Positions 1-7,650 of a stretch of DNA of 64,000 nt are shown piece after piece (the stretch's first letter is position 1; each line of letters starts with the position of its first letter). The notes under the pieces were generated by a model. The model was not told the DNA's origin and ran no database searches. It saw only the letters and a program-made list of their open reading frames with translations. The position numbers and the translations under genes were made by a program. Origin of the DNA: Anaerotignum sp. (lineage in GTDB: Bacteria; Bacteroidota; Bacteroidia; Bacteroidales; UBA932); the NCBI GenBank assembly GCA_963600795.1, contig CAVCDF010000108.1, positions 3,971 to 67,970 on the forward strand. Direction: 5' to 3'.

Positions 1-1407
1 GGCGTCGGCTATAAGTTTCTCGGCCGTACGGGTCTCGCTGAGGTCCTGGCCGGTAGTCACACCGTCGAACTGGCCTCCGGTGTCACCGACATAGCCGCGC
101 TCGTAGACGACCTCGGCGTCAGCGAACCGCTCACGGATTCCCTCAAGAGGAGAGATTTCGTATTTAACTTTCAATGAAGAACTTCCGCCACCGACAGTCA
201 TCATCTTGACTGCGTTCTCGCCCACTACAAGAATCTTCTTCGCATCCTTAATCGGAAGCAGACCGCCCTCGTTCTTGAGAAGGACAATACTCTCAGCTCC
301 GATTTTTCTCGCTGCCGCCTTATGCTCCGGAGACACGAACGAACCGTAAGGACGGTTCCTGTCCATAACCGTGCGGAACATCAGCTTCAGCACCCTGCGG
401 GCCTTGTTGTCCAGTTCCTCGGCACTGTACTTGCCGCTTTGTATGCCTCTGAGATAAGGTCCTGAGAGGTAGTAGTTTGCGTAGGCGTTGGAAGCCGACC
501 AGGTCAGACCGTTGGTGAACGTGCCGAACTCCATGTCAAGTCCGTTGGCGGCGGCCGCATCGGTGTCATGCGCTCCGCCCCAGTCAGTGACGACCACGCC
601 GTCGAAACCCCATTCGCCTTTCAGAATGCCGTTGAGGGTGTACTCGTTGTGGCAGCACCACTGGTTCTTGTACAGGTTGTAGGAACCCATTATGGCCCAG
701 GCTCCGCCTTCCTGGACGGCAGCCTTGAAAGCCGGAAGATAGATTTCGTAAAGAGTCCTGTCGTCGACGCTCACATTGGTCGTGAACCTGTTGATTTCCT
801 GATTGTTCAAAGCATAGTGCTTCACGCAGGAGGCCACTCCGTTGCTCTGCACTCCCTTCACGTACGGCACTACCATCCTGCTGGTCAGGTACGGATCCTC
901 GCCGAAATATTCAAAGCTTCTTCCGTTGAGAGGGGTGCGGCAGATGTTGACTCCAGGTCCGAGCAGAACGTCCTTCTTGCGGTAGCGCGCCTCCTCGCCG
1001 ATGCTCTTGCCGTAAAGTGCTGAAAGTTCGGGATTCCAGGAGGCCGCGAGGGCCGTCAGCGCAGGGAACGCCGTGCAGGAATCGCTTGTCCATCCGGCCT
1101 GGGACCACTTGTCCCACTGCACCTCTGCGCGGATGCCGTGAGGGCCGTCGCTGGTCCAGATCTCAGGGATTCCGAGACGAGGCACACCGGCAGAACTGAA
1201 CTTCGACTGGGCGTGCAGGATAGCCACCTTCTCCTCGGCGGTCATCCTTGACAGAGCGTCTTCGACCCTCTCGTCTATGGTTTTCGTTTCATCAAGAAAG
1301 ACAGGCCCGCCTTTTCCGGCGGCCTGTCTTCCAACATTCTTCTGCTGACCGCAGGCGACCGTTGCGGCCGCCAGGACCAGTCCCAAAAGCATTCTAAATC
1401 TTTTCAT
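1..1407 (-). CDS. Glycoside hydrolase family 3 (beta-glucosidase-like) lipoprotein; 3' end runs off the window
   Basis: Not in the ORF track because it has no stop in the window. Manual translation gives MKRFRMLLGLVLAAATVAC (lipobox), ILKGEWGFDGVVVTDWGG (GH3 nucleophile motif), SIVLLKNEGGLLP and KKILVVGENA. The ATG overlaps the hpf stop (TAATG). Confidence 0.9.
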   Translation of the reverse strand, partial: MKRFRMLLGLVLAAATVACGQQKNVGRQAAGKGGPVFLDETKTIDERVEDALSRMTAEEKVAILHAQSKFSSAGVPRLGIPEIWTSDGPHGIRAEVQWDKWSQAGWTSDSCTAFPALTALAASWNPELSALYGKSIGEEARYRKKDVLLGPGVNICRTPLNGRSFEYFGEDPYLTSRMVVPYVKGVQSNGVASCVKHYALNNQEINRFTTNVSVDDRTLYEIYLPAFKAAVQEGGAWAIMGSYNLYKNQWCCHNEYTLNGILKGEWGFDGVVVTDWGGAHDTDAAAANGLDMEFGTFTNGLTWSASNAYANYYLSGPYLRGIQSGKYSAEELDNKARRVLKLMFRTVMDRNRPYGSFVSPEHKAAARKIGAESIVLLKNEGGLLPIKDAKKILVVGENAVKMMTVGGGSSSLKVKYEISPLEGIRERFADAEVVYERGYVGDTGGQFDGVTTGQDLSETRTAEKLIADA

Positions 1408-1700
1408 TATACTTCAAAAGCCTTTTCCTTTGTTCTTACAATCTTTTCCTTCATCAGATCGACAGCGGCGCTCACGGCATCTTCGAACGAGGTCGAGTTC
1501 CTCTCGATGACAAGATCCTGGCCGTAGGCCCTTGTCTGAATCTTGACATTCTTGTTGTCCGGCTCTTTGAGCAAAGATAAGGTAACGTCAAGTCCTTCAA
1601 GATGGTCGCTGAATCTGGAAAGTTTCGAGACCTTCTTCTCTACATAGTCGAGCAGTTTCTGGTCTGCGTCGAACTTCAGGGATTTTACTCTAATCTCCAT
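1407..1700 (-). CDS. hpf: Ribosome hibernation promoting factor (RaiA/HPF)
   Basis: 97 aa, MEIRVKSLKFDADQKLLDYVEKKVSKL...SFEDAV; lies downstream of xerC as in other Bacteroidota. Confidence 0.88.
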   Translation of the reverse strand: MEIRVKSLKFDADQKLLDYVEKKVSKLSRFSDHLEGLDVTLSLLKEPDNKNVKIQTRAYGQDLVIERNSTSFEDAVSAAVDLMKEKIVRTKEKAFEV

Positions 1701-2745
1701 TTTTACCTCCGCTTTTTGCCCGAGGATGGGCGTTAACATAAACTTTTTTGAGTTTCTCGATGGAATTGTGCGTATAGACCTGCGTCGCCGCCAGCGAGGA
1801 GTGGCCCAGGAGTTCCTTTATGGAATTGAGGTCGGCTCCTTCGTCCAGAAGGCCGGTGGCCAGTGAATGCCTCAATACGTGGGGAGACTTTCTCCCGGTG
1901 ATGCTCCCGACCTGTCCCAGGCTGCTTTTCGTGACCCTTTCAATGAACATCGGATAGAGCTTTGAGCCCTTCGGCGTCACTGCAAGCGGTTCGTCCGCGG
2001 ACCTTTTGCGTCCTTCCATCGTTTCAACCGATTGTAAATATAGGGATATTTCTTTACATAACGAAGAAATCAGCGGAATTTCTCTCACCTTGTCTCCTTT
2101 TCCCCTGACCTTCATCGTGCTGCGGCTGAAATCGACATCCCCTATCCGCAGTCCGATCAGTTCGGCGCGACGGATGCCGGTGTTGTAGAGAATGGAAATG
2201 ATGAGTCTCGAGAGTCTTCTTGAATATGCCTGCTCGGATGTCCGGTCGTGTCCTAAGATGAGGGAGAGAGTTTCTTCGGAAGCGTCGCTTTCCGTCGAGG
2301 AGAAATATTCATTCATCGATTCCTCCCTGCAGAAAGACGGAAGACGCTTTTCGACCTTCGGTCTGGTCAGAATCCTGACCGGGTTGCTCTGCAGCAGGCC
2401 TTCCTTCACCAGCCATCTGCAGAATCCCGAGATCACCGACAGGTGCAGGTTGACTGTCCGAGGACACTCTTTCATTCCGTCCAGAAGCTGCACTTCGTAG
2501 CCTCTTATGACCTGCGGGACCAGCGACTCCAGCAGCAGGGCGTCATCCGCCGCGCCTGTCTTCCGGTTCCGCTCCCGGTCGCCGTCAGCCGCTCCGACAC
2601 TTTCCGCCGCTCCGACGCTTTCCGCCGCTCCGACACTTTCCGCAAAGCGCCGCAGCACGTCCGAATACACCTCCCCTGTCCTCGCAGAATACCTGCGGAC
2701 ATTCTTGACGTAGGAAATATATCTTTCAATCAGCGTCTCCGCCAT
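1690..2745 (-). CDS. xerC: Tyrosine recombinase, XerC-like
   Basis: Catalytic residues present: GIRRAEL, GKG, HVLRHS, LLGH, TQVYTH. Ends with a typical AHPRA tail and is adjacent to hpf. Confidence 0.85.
   Translation of the reverse strand: MAETLIERYISYVKNVRRYSARTGEVYSDVLRRFAESVGAAESVGAAESVGAADGDRERNRKTGAADDALLLESLVPQVIRGYEVQLLDGMKECPRTVNLHLSVISGFCRWLVKEGLLQSNPVRILTRPKVEKRLPSFCREESMNEYFSSTESDASEETLSLILGHDRTSEQAYSRRLSRLIISILYNTGIRRAELIGLRIGDVDFSRSTMKVRGKGDKVREIPLISSLCKEISLYLQSVETMEGRKRSADEPLAVTPKGSKLYPMFIERVTKSSLGQVGSITGRKSPHVLRHSLATGLLDEGADLNSIKELLGHSSLAATQVYTHNSIEKLKKVYVNAHPRAKSGGKNGD
2588..2643. repeat. 18-bp in-frame tandem repeat, 3 copies (AESVGA x3), inside xerC
   Basis: gccgctccgacactttcc / gccgctccgacgctttcc / gccgctccgacactttcc. 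Confidence 0.95.
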
Positions 2746-2837
2746 AGTCTGCAAGAATATTATATGTTCCGGTCACTATCACCTAGTCGAGCTTGTGCCA
2801 AATTACGATACAAGTGTCGAAAATTTATAAAAAATTT

Positions 2838-3212
2838 TCAGCTGCGGCGGAAGGTTTTGCCGAACGGGAGCAGGGAGAGGAGGGCGATCTTGAAATGCTG
2901 GACGCCGAACGGGATGCCGACGATGGTGATGCAGCAGATGAGGCCGAAAACGAGATGGGTCGCGGCAATCTCCCACCACCCGACAAGGATCCAGAGGACG
3001 TTCATACAGATGCTCAGACAACCTGTCGAATTCTCTCCCTCGACGACTTCCGTGCCGAAAGGCCAGAGGGAGAAGACGCCGAATTTCCAAAGCTGACAGC
3101 CGAACGGGATGCCAACGATGGTGATGCAGAAAAGCAGCCCGGTCAGGAAATATCCGAGCGAGACAAGAAGTCCGCCCAACACGAGCCATAGAATGTTGCC
3201 TATTATTTTCAT
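2838..3212 (-). CDS. YccF-domain inner membrane protein
   Basis: Two copies of the N(I/V)LW...CITIVGIPFG...PFG pattern. Confidence 0.88.
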   Translation of the reverse strand: MKIIGNILWLVLGGLLVSLGYFLTGLLFCITIVGIPFGCQLWKFGVFSLWPFGTEVVEGENSTGCLSICMNVLWILVGWWEIAATHLVFGLICCITIVGIPFGVQHFKIALLSLLPFGKTFRRS

Positions 3213-3258
3213 AAAGTCTTGTTTTCTATCGATCAAACAATTATCTATCAATGAATGC

Positions 3259-4434
3259 TCAGACATCAGAACGCTTTGCGCTCAAGAACCTCCAGACACA
3301 TACGGCCGTTGTGGTATGACATTTCCAGAAGCCGGCGCGGTCGTCCACCTTGTTCGGTGTGCCGTCGGCGCGCAGGCTCCAGTACCACTCCCCTTCCGGG
3401 CAGATGATGTGCCTGCGGATGAAATCCCATTCATTCCCGGCGGCTTCCAGCCATTTCTCCTCACCGGTCTTCTGGTACTGGTTCAGGCAGCCGACAACCG
3501 TCTCGGCCTGCACCCACCAGTGCCGGTCGGCATCACGCGCTGAAGTCGCGGGGTCATATTCATAAATCATTCCTCCGCCGGCGGTGAAACCCTCCATTGC
3601 AGCGGCGGCGACTTTGGCGCACACGGCCTTGACCTCCGCGGCCAGAACCTTGTCGCCCAGCACTTCAGCCGCCTCGTCCAGCAGCCACGAAGTCTCGATG
3701 TCGTGCCCGTAGGAAACGGCCGTGGAATGCGGAGTCCAATCGTCGCCGAAGAAGAGCCCCAGATGCCCGTCGGAACGGATGATCCTGTCAATGAATATCC
3801 TGATGAGTCCTCTGAGCCGTTCTCCGAGAGCCTCGTCCTTCCACACCCTGTAAAGGCCCGTGTAGCCCTCCAGGATGTGCAGATGGGTGTTCATCGTCTT
3901 GGAATCGTTCTGGTCCTTGTCGGAAAGACGCATATCCTCAATCACTCCCCACTCACGGGTGCAGGCCTCGATGTACCCCTCGCCGACAGGGTCGTAACTG
4001 TGCTCCTCGATGCAGCGGTAGAACGACTTCGCGAGTTCCAAAGCCTCCCGGCTGCCAGTGGCCCTTGAATATTCAGAAAGCCCGTAGATGGCGAAGGCGA
4101 TGGCGTAGAACTGCTTCTTCGTGTCCTTAGGCTTGCCGTCCGCACCGAGGCTCCAGTACAGGCCGCCGTACTCTTTGTCGGTGAACCGGTCGCGAATCTC
4201 TCTGAAGGCCCTTTCAGCCGTGTCGAGATAGGCTTTCCTGCCGAGAACCCGATAGGCGGAAGAGAATGTCCAGAGAATGCGGGAGTTGAGAATCGCTCCC
4301 TTTTCCGCGCCCGGAACAAGGTTGCCCCCGCCGTCAATCCTTCCGTAGAAGCCGCCCGCATGGTCGGTCATCCTGTCCATCCAGAAAGGGAGTATGTCAC
4401 CCTCCAGTTCTTTGAGAAACGATTGTCTTTCCAT
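3259..4434 (-). CDS. AGE-family cellobiose/mannobiose 2-epimerase with a 1-nt frameshift near the 3' end (pseudogene or sequence error)
   Basis: Motifs NSRILWTFS, KTMNTHLHILE, SYGHDIE and WWVQAE are present. The expected WKCPYHNGR is split by a frameshift at about 3318. Confidence 0.85.
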   Translation of the reverse strand: MERQSFLKELEGDILPFWMDRMTDHAGGFYGRIDGGGNLVPGAEKGAILNSRILWTFSSAYRVLGRKAYLDTAERAFREIRDRFTDKEYGGLYWSLGADGKPKDTKKQFYAIAFAIYGLSEYSRATGSREALELAKSFYRCIEEHSYDPVGEGYIEACTREWGVIEDMRLSDKDQNDSKTMNTHLHILEGYTGLYRVWKDEALGERLRGLIRIFIDRIIRSDGHLGLFFGDDWTPHSTAVSYGHDIETSWLLDEAAEVLGDKVLAAEVKAVCAKVAAAAMEGFTAGGGMIYEYDPATSARDADRHWWVQAETVVGCLNQYQKTGEEKWLEAAGNEWDFIRRHIICPEGEWYWSLRADGTPNKVDDRAGFWKCHTTTAVCVWRFLSAKRSDV

Positions 4435-4450
4435 AGAGAAACTGTCTTGT

Positions 4451-6658
4451 CTATTTCTTCCTGCTCATCTTGAATTCGAGCACACCGCCGTCGATGATGT
4501 CCTGCTGGGTGAACTTCAAATCCTTGATTTCCTTTCCGTTAAGCTTCACCGACTTCACATAGATGGCATCGTCTGACTTCCTCGGAGCCTTCACCGTAAG
4601 CGTCTTGCCGCCCGGCAGATGGATAACGGACTCCGTGAAATGTGGAGAACCGATGACGAACCCGTCACCGCCGGCGTTGAACGGATAGAAGCCCATAGTC
4701 GAGAAGATGTACCACGATGACATCTGTCCGCAGTCGTCGTTGCCGGCATAGCCGTACGGCTTTTCGTTGTAGAACTTCACGCGCACCTCGTTCACGAGTT
4801 CCTGCGTGCGCCACGGCTGACCCGCATAATTGTAGAGATAGACGGTGTGGTGAGAAGGTTCGTTGCCGTGGGCATACTGGCCGATGAATCCGGAGGCGTT
4901 ATGGTTCTGCTTGACGTCCTTGTTCACAACGGTGAAGTTCTCGTTCAGCTTCTTCACGAACCCTTCTTCACCGCCCATAAGGCTGACGAGAGCTTCAGGG
5001 TTCTGCGGCACGAACCACAGATACTGCCAGGCGTTGCCCTCAGTGAAGGCATAACCGCCGTTGGCTCCGTACTTGAATGGATCGAACGGACGCATGAAAT
5101 TGCCGTCCGCGTCCTTCGGAGCGAAGAATCCGACCGTCGGATCCCAAAGATTGCGGTAGAATTCGGAACGCTTGTAGAACCGCTCGGCGTCTGCGGTCTT
5201 GCCGAGTTTCTTTGCGACGGCATACACGCACCAGTCATCGAAAGCCTGTTCGAGAGTGATGGAAACGGACTGAGTCTGGATAGGTTCAGGCATATAGCCG
5301 TATTTCTCCCAGACCTCGAAAGGCGAATTCTTGTGCGAAGTGGTTGAACTTTCCACCATAGCTTTGTAGGCCCTTTCGACATCGATGCCCGGGATTCCGG
5401 TCAGGATGGCGCGGGAAATCACCGGCATAGCGTGGTTGCCCACCATACAGTAGTTGTCCTGCCCCCAGAGATCCCAAATCGGCAGGTAGCCATATTCCTC
5501 CTGATGCAGAATCATGGAGTTTATCATATCGGCGGTGAGTTCGGGGAACAGCAGATTGTACAGAGGATGGGCGGCGCGGAAGGTGTCCCAGAGAGAGAAG
5601 GTGGAGTAATACTTCTTGCCGGCCGGCATCTGCTTGATTTCGAAAGTCGGAGTGACATAGCGTCCGTCGACGTCGCTTATCGCGTTAGGCTGGATCATAG
5701 TGTGGTAAAGACCGGTGTAGAATATCGTCTTGTCCACGTCGCTGCCGGTCACGTCAATCACCGCAAGCTGCTTCTCCCAGATGTCGTGGGCCGCCCTGCG
5801 GTAACCGTCGAAATCCCAGGATGTGCACTCGGCATTGAAGTTACGGCGCGCACCTTCGCTGTCAACCGCAGAAATGGAGACTTTTACCATTATCTGCTGA
5901 CCTTTGCCGTCAAAGTGAAGCATGGCGCGCAGCTTGTCGCCGTTGGCCACCTTGGCTCCGTGCATGTTGAATTCATCATTGAATAGCGTATGGTTGGCGA
6001 AAGGCTTGGAAAACTCTGCACGGAAATACACCCGGCGCATGTTCACCCAACCTTGTATCAGGCGGTAACCCTCGATTGTATGGTCGTCCACGAAGCGTAT
6101 CTGGCTCTGCAGTATGTGGTCGTCATCGTAAATCTGCTTCGTGAGGTCGAAAATGAAGTTCTGGCTCATTCCCGCCGGGAACGTGTAGCGGTGGATTCCG
6201 GTGTGTGCGGTGGCGGTCAGTTCAACCTTGATTCCGGTTTCCTTCAGTTTCACCCAATAGTAGCCGGGTTCCGCTCCTTCTTCAGAATGGGAGAAAGTCT
6301 GTGAATATTCATTGCCCTCGGAGAAGTCCGGGAGACTCTCAAGGTCGGTAGGCATAAGCGACACGTCGATCAGATCCGTGGCGCCGGTACCGCTCAGGTG
6401 GGTATGGGTGAAGCCGAAAATCCTGTCTTTGCTGTAGTCGTAGCCCGAGCATGGATCCCAGGAGACAAAGTACCTTGTGTCGGGACAAAGCTGCACATTG
6501 CCGAACGGCACGCACGCGCCCGGGAATGTCGCGCCGGCAAGCGCTCCGGTGCTGTCGGTCTGAGTGCCGATGAAAGGATTCACATACTTGGTGTGGTCAT
6601 CCGCGGCAAGATTGACGCAGACTGACAGGCAAGCCAAAAGGAAGAAGACTTTTCTCAT
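4451..6658 (-). CDS. GH92 alpha-mannosidase, secreted
   Basis: Signal peptide; YVNPFIGT, GFTHTHLSGTG, SLWDTFR, FTEGNAWQY, HGNEPSHH, GNDDCGQMSSWY. Confidence 0.93.
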   Translation of the reverse strand: MRKVFFLLACLSVCVNLAADDHTKYVNPFIGTQTDSTGALAGATFPGACVPFGNVQLCPDTRYFVSWDPCSGYDYSKDRIFGFTHTHLSGTGATDLIDVSLMPTDLESLPDFSEGNEYSQTFSHSEEGAEPGYYWVKLKETGIKVELTATAHTGIHRYTFPAGMSQNFIFDLTKQIYDDDHILQSQIRFVDDHTIEGYRLIQGWVNMRRVYFRAEFSKPFANHTLFNDEFNMHGAKVANGDKLRAMLHFDGKGQQIMVKVSISAVDSEGARRNFNAECTSWDFDGYRRAAHDIWEKQLAVIDVTGSDVDKTIFYTGLYHTMIQPNAISDVDGRYVTPTFEIKQMPAGKKYYSTFSLWDTFRAAHPLYNLLFPELTADMINSMILHQEEYGYLPIWDLWGQDNYCMVGNHAMPVISRAILTGIPGIDVERAYKAMVESSTTSHKNSPFEVWEKYGYMPEPIQTQSVSITLEQAFDDWCVYAVAKKLGKTADAERFYKRSEFYRNLWDPTVGFFAPKDADGNFMRPFDPFKYGANGGYAFTEGNAWQYLWFVPQNPEALVSLMGGEEGFVKKLNENFTVVNKDVKQNHNASGFIGQYAHGNEPSHHTVYLYNYAGQPWRTQELVNEVRVKFYNEKPYGYAGNDDCGQMSSWYIFSTMGFYPFNAGGDGFVIGSPHFTESVIHLPGGKTLTVKAPRKSDDAIYVKSVKLNGKEIKDLKFTQQDIIDGGVLEFKMSRKK

Positions 6659-6689
6659 TTCGATATCGTGTAAATGGTTATTCAATCCA

Positions 6690-6697
6690 CAAATTTA
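6690..6697 (-). promoter_or_regulatory. Bacteroidota -7 element (TAAATTTG) upstream of GH92
   Basis: Matches TAnnTTTG about 30 nt upstream of the ATG. Confidence 0.55.
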
Positions 6698-6750
6698 AGA
6701 TTATTTGGTTAATAACGCACCGGATTGACGGCAAAAGCGGACGTGAACAC

Positions 6751-6796
6751 AAAAAGAAAGCGGACAAACCGTCATTTCTGACAATTTGTCCGCTTT
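6751..6796 (-). terminator. Intrinsic terminator after tRNA-Asn
   Basis: Inverted repeat aaagcggacaaa / tttgtccgcttt followed by a T-rich tract on the minus strand. Confidence 0.7.
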
Positions 6797-6798
6797 TG

Positions 6799-6872
6799 CT
6801 CCTCAAGTAGGACTTGAACCTACGACCCCCTGATTAACAGTCAGGTGCTCTAACCAACTGAGCTATTGAGGA
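6799..6872 (-). tRNA. tRNA-Asn (GTT), CCA not encoded
   Basis: TCCTCAATAGCTCAGTTGGTTAGAGCACCTGACTGTTAATCAGGGGGTCGTAGGTTCAAGTCCTACTTGAGGAG folds into a cloverleaf with anticodon GTT. Confidence 0.97.
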
Positions 6873-6912
6873 ATTTCCCAACCATCTTAGAGTGGTTGTC
6901 CTTTCGGGATTG

Positions 6913-6943
6913 CAAAGGTACAACAAAAACCCGTCTATGCAAA
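6913..6943 (-). promoter_or_regulatory. Promoter of tRNA-Asn: TTTG-N19-TACCTTTG
   Basis: Full match to the Bacteroides -33/-7 consensus with canonical spacing. Confidence 0.75.
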
Positions 6944-6971
6944 TTTTTTTTGAGGTTTTTTACAAAAAACT

Positions 6972-7610
6972 TTAAATCGACGTTCCCTTGAACACTCTCG
7001 ACTCGGAACGAGGGTAGATCTGGCCGCTGAGAGTGATCCTGTTGGAGTTGAACATCGGCTCGATGACCGCCGTGGCCGTGTTGGTGCCCTTAGGCAAGGT
7101 GATGGTGATGCGCGCGGAAATTGCGGCCCCCTGGACATTCATCGTGTAAGTGATCACCCCCTTCTTGCTGGTGCGGACCTTTATGTTGGATGCGCGGCCG
7201 TCAAGCGTAATGCCTCCGACACCGTTCGGGCCTCCGCCGTTGTAAGGAGCGACCTGCACGACGGCACAGTCATCGTAAAGGGAAATGAAGTTCGTGGTGC
7301 TCTGGACGAATGCCAGATTGCCGTACTTGAACACCAGCTTGTCCGCCTCCAGAACGAAATCCAGAGAATCAAGAGCCTTGACCGCATTGACGTAGGCTAT
7401 CGAGTCCTGCTCCTGCTGAAGCCTTTTCTGGAGCGCCTTCAGAGCCTTGGCGTCAGCCTTGGCATTCACCGCAAGCGTGGAGTCTGTCTTGACACGGGCC
7501 CTTTCGATGGCCACCTTTTCAGATGAAGTGTATATGCGCTTTTCCGTCTGCGCGAATCCTGCGGTCACTGTCAGCAACAACAGGCACAATGATGTAAGCA
7601 GTGATTTCAT
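6972..7610 (-). CDS. Secreted DUF4251-like protein
   Basis: Signal peptide MKSLLTSLCLLLLTVTAGFA; FVLEAD...TNFISL...GPNGVGGITLDG. Confidence 0.7.
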   Translation of the reverse strand: MKSLLTSLCLLLLTVTAGFAQTEKRIYTSSEKVAIERARVKTDSTLAVNAKADAKALKALQKRLQQEQDSIAYVNAVKALDSLDFVLEADKLVFKYGNLAFVQSTTNFISLYDDCAVVQVAPYNGGGPNGVGGITLDGRASNIKVRTSKKGVITYTMNVQGAAISARITITLPKGTNTATAVIEPMFNSNRITLSGQIYPRSESRVFKGTSI

Positions 7611-7650
7611 GACAAATCCGATTAAAAAAACAAACCGGAGAGGACTGGAA

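Noticed and set aside
2746..2837. dif-like site upstream of xerC (aagaatattatatgtt)
   Set aside because: Only a loose AT-rich resemblance, without the 11-6-11 arm structure.
3300..3330. Programmed ribosomal frameshift in the epimerase
   Set aside because: No slippery heptamer or stimulatory structure; a simple indel explains it.
1690..6872. Integrative element defined by a tyrosine recombinase near tRNA-Asn
   Set aside because: The recombinase is XerC-like and coupled to hpf. I saw no duplicated tRNA 3' end and no mobility genes.
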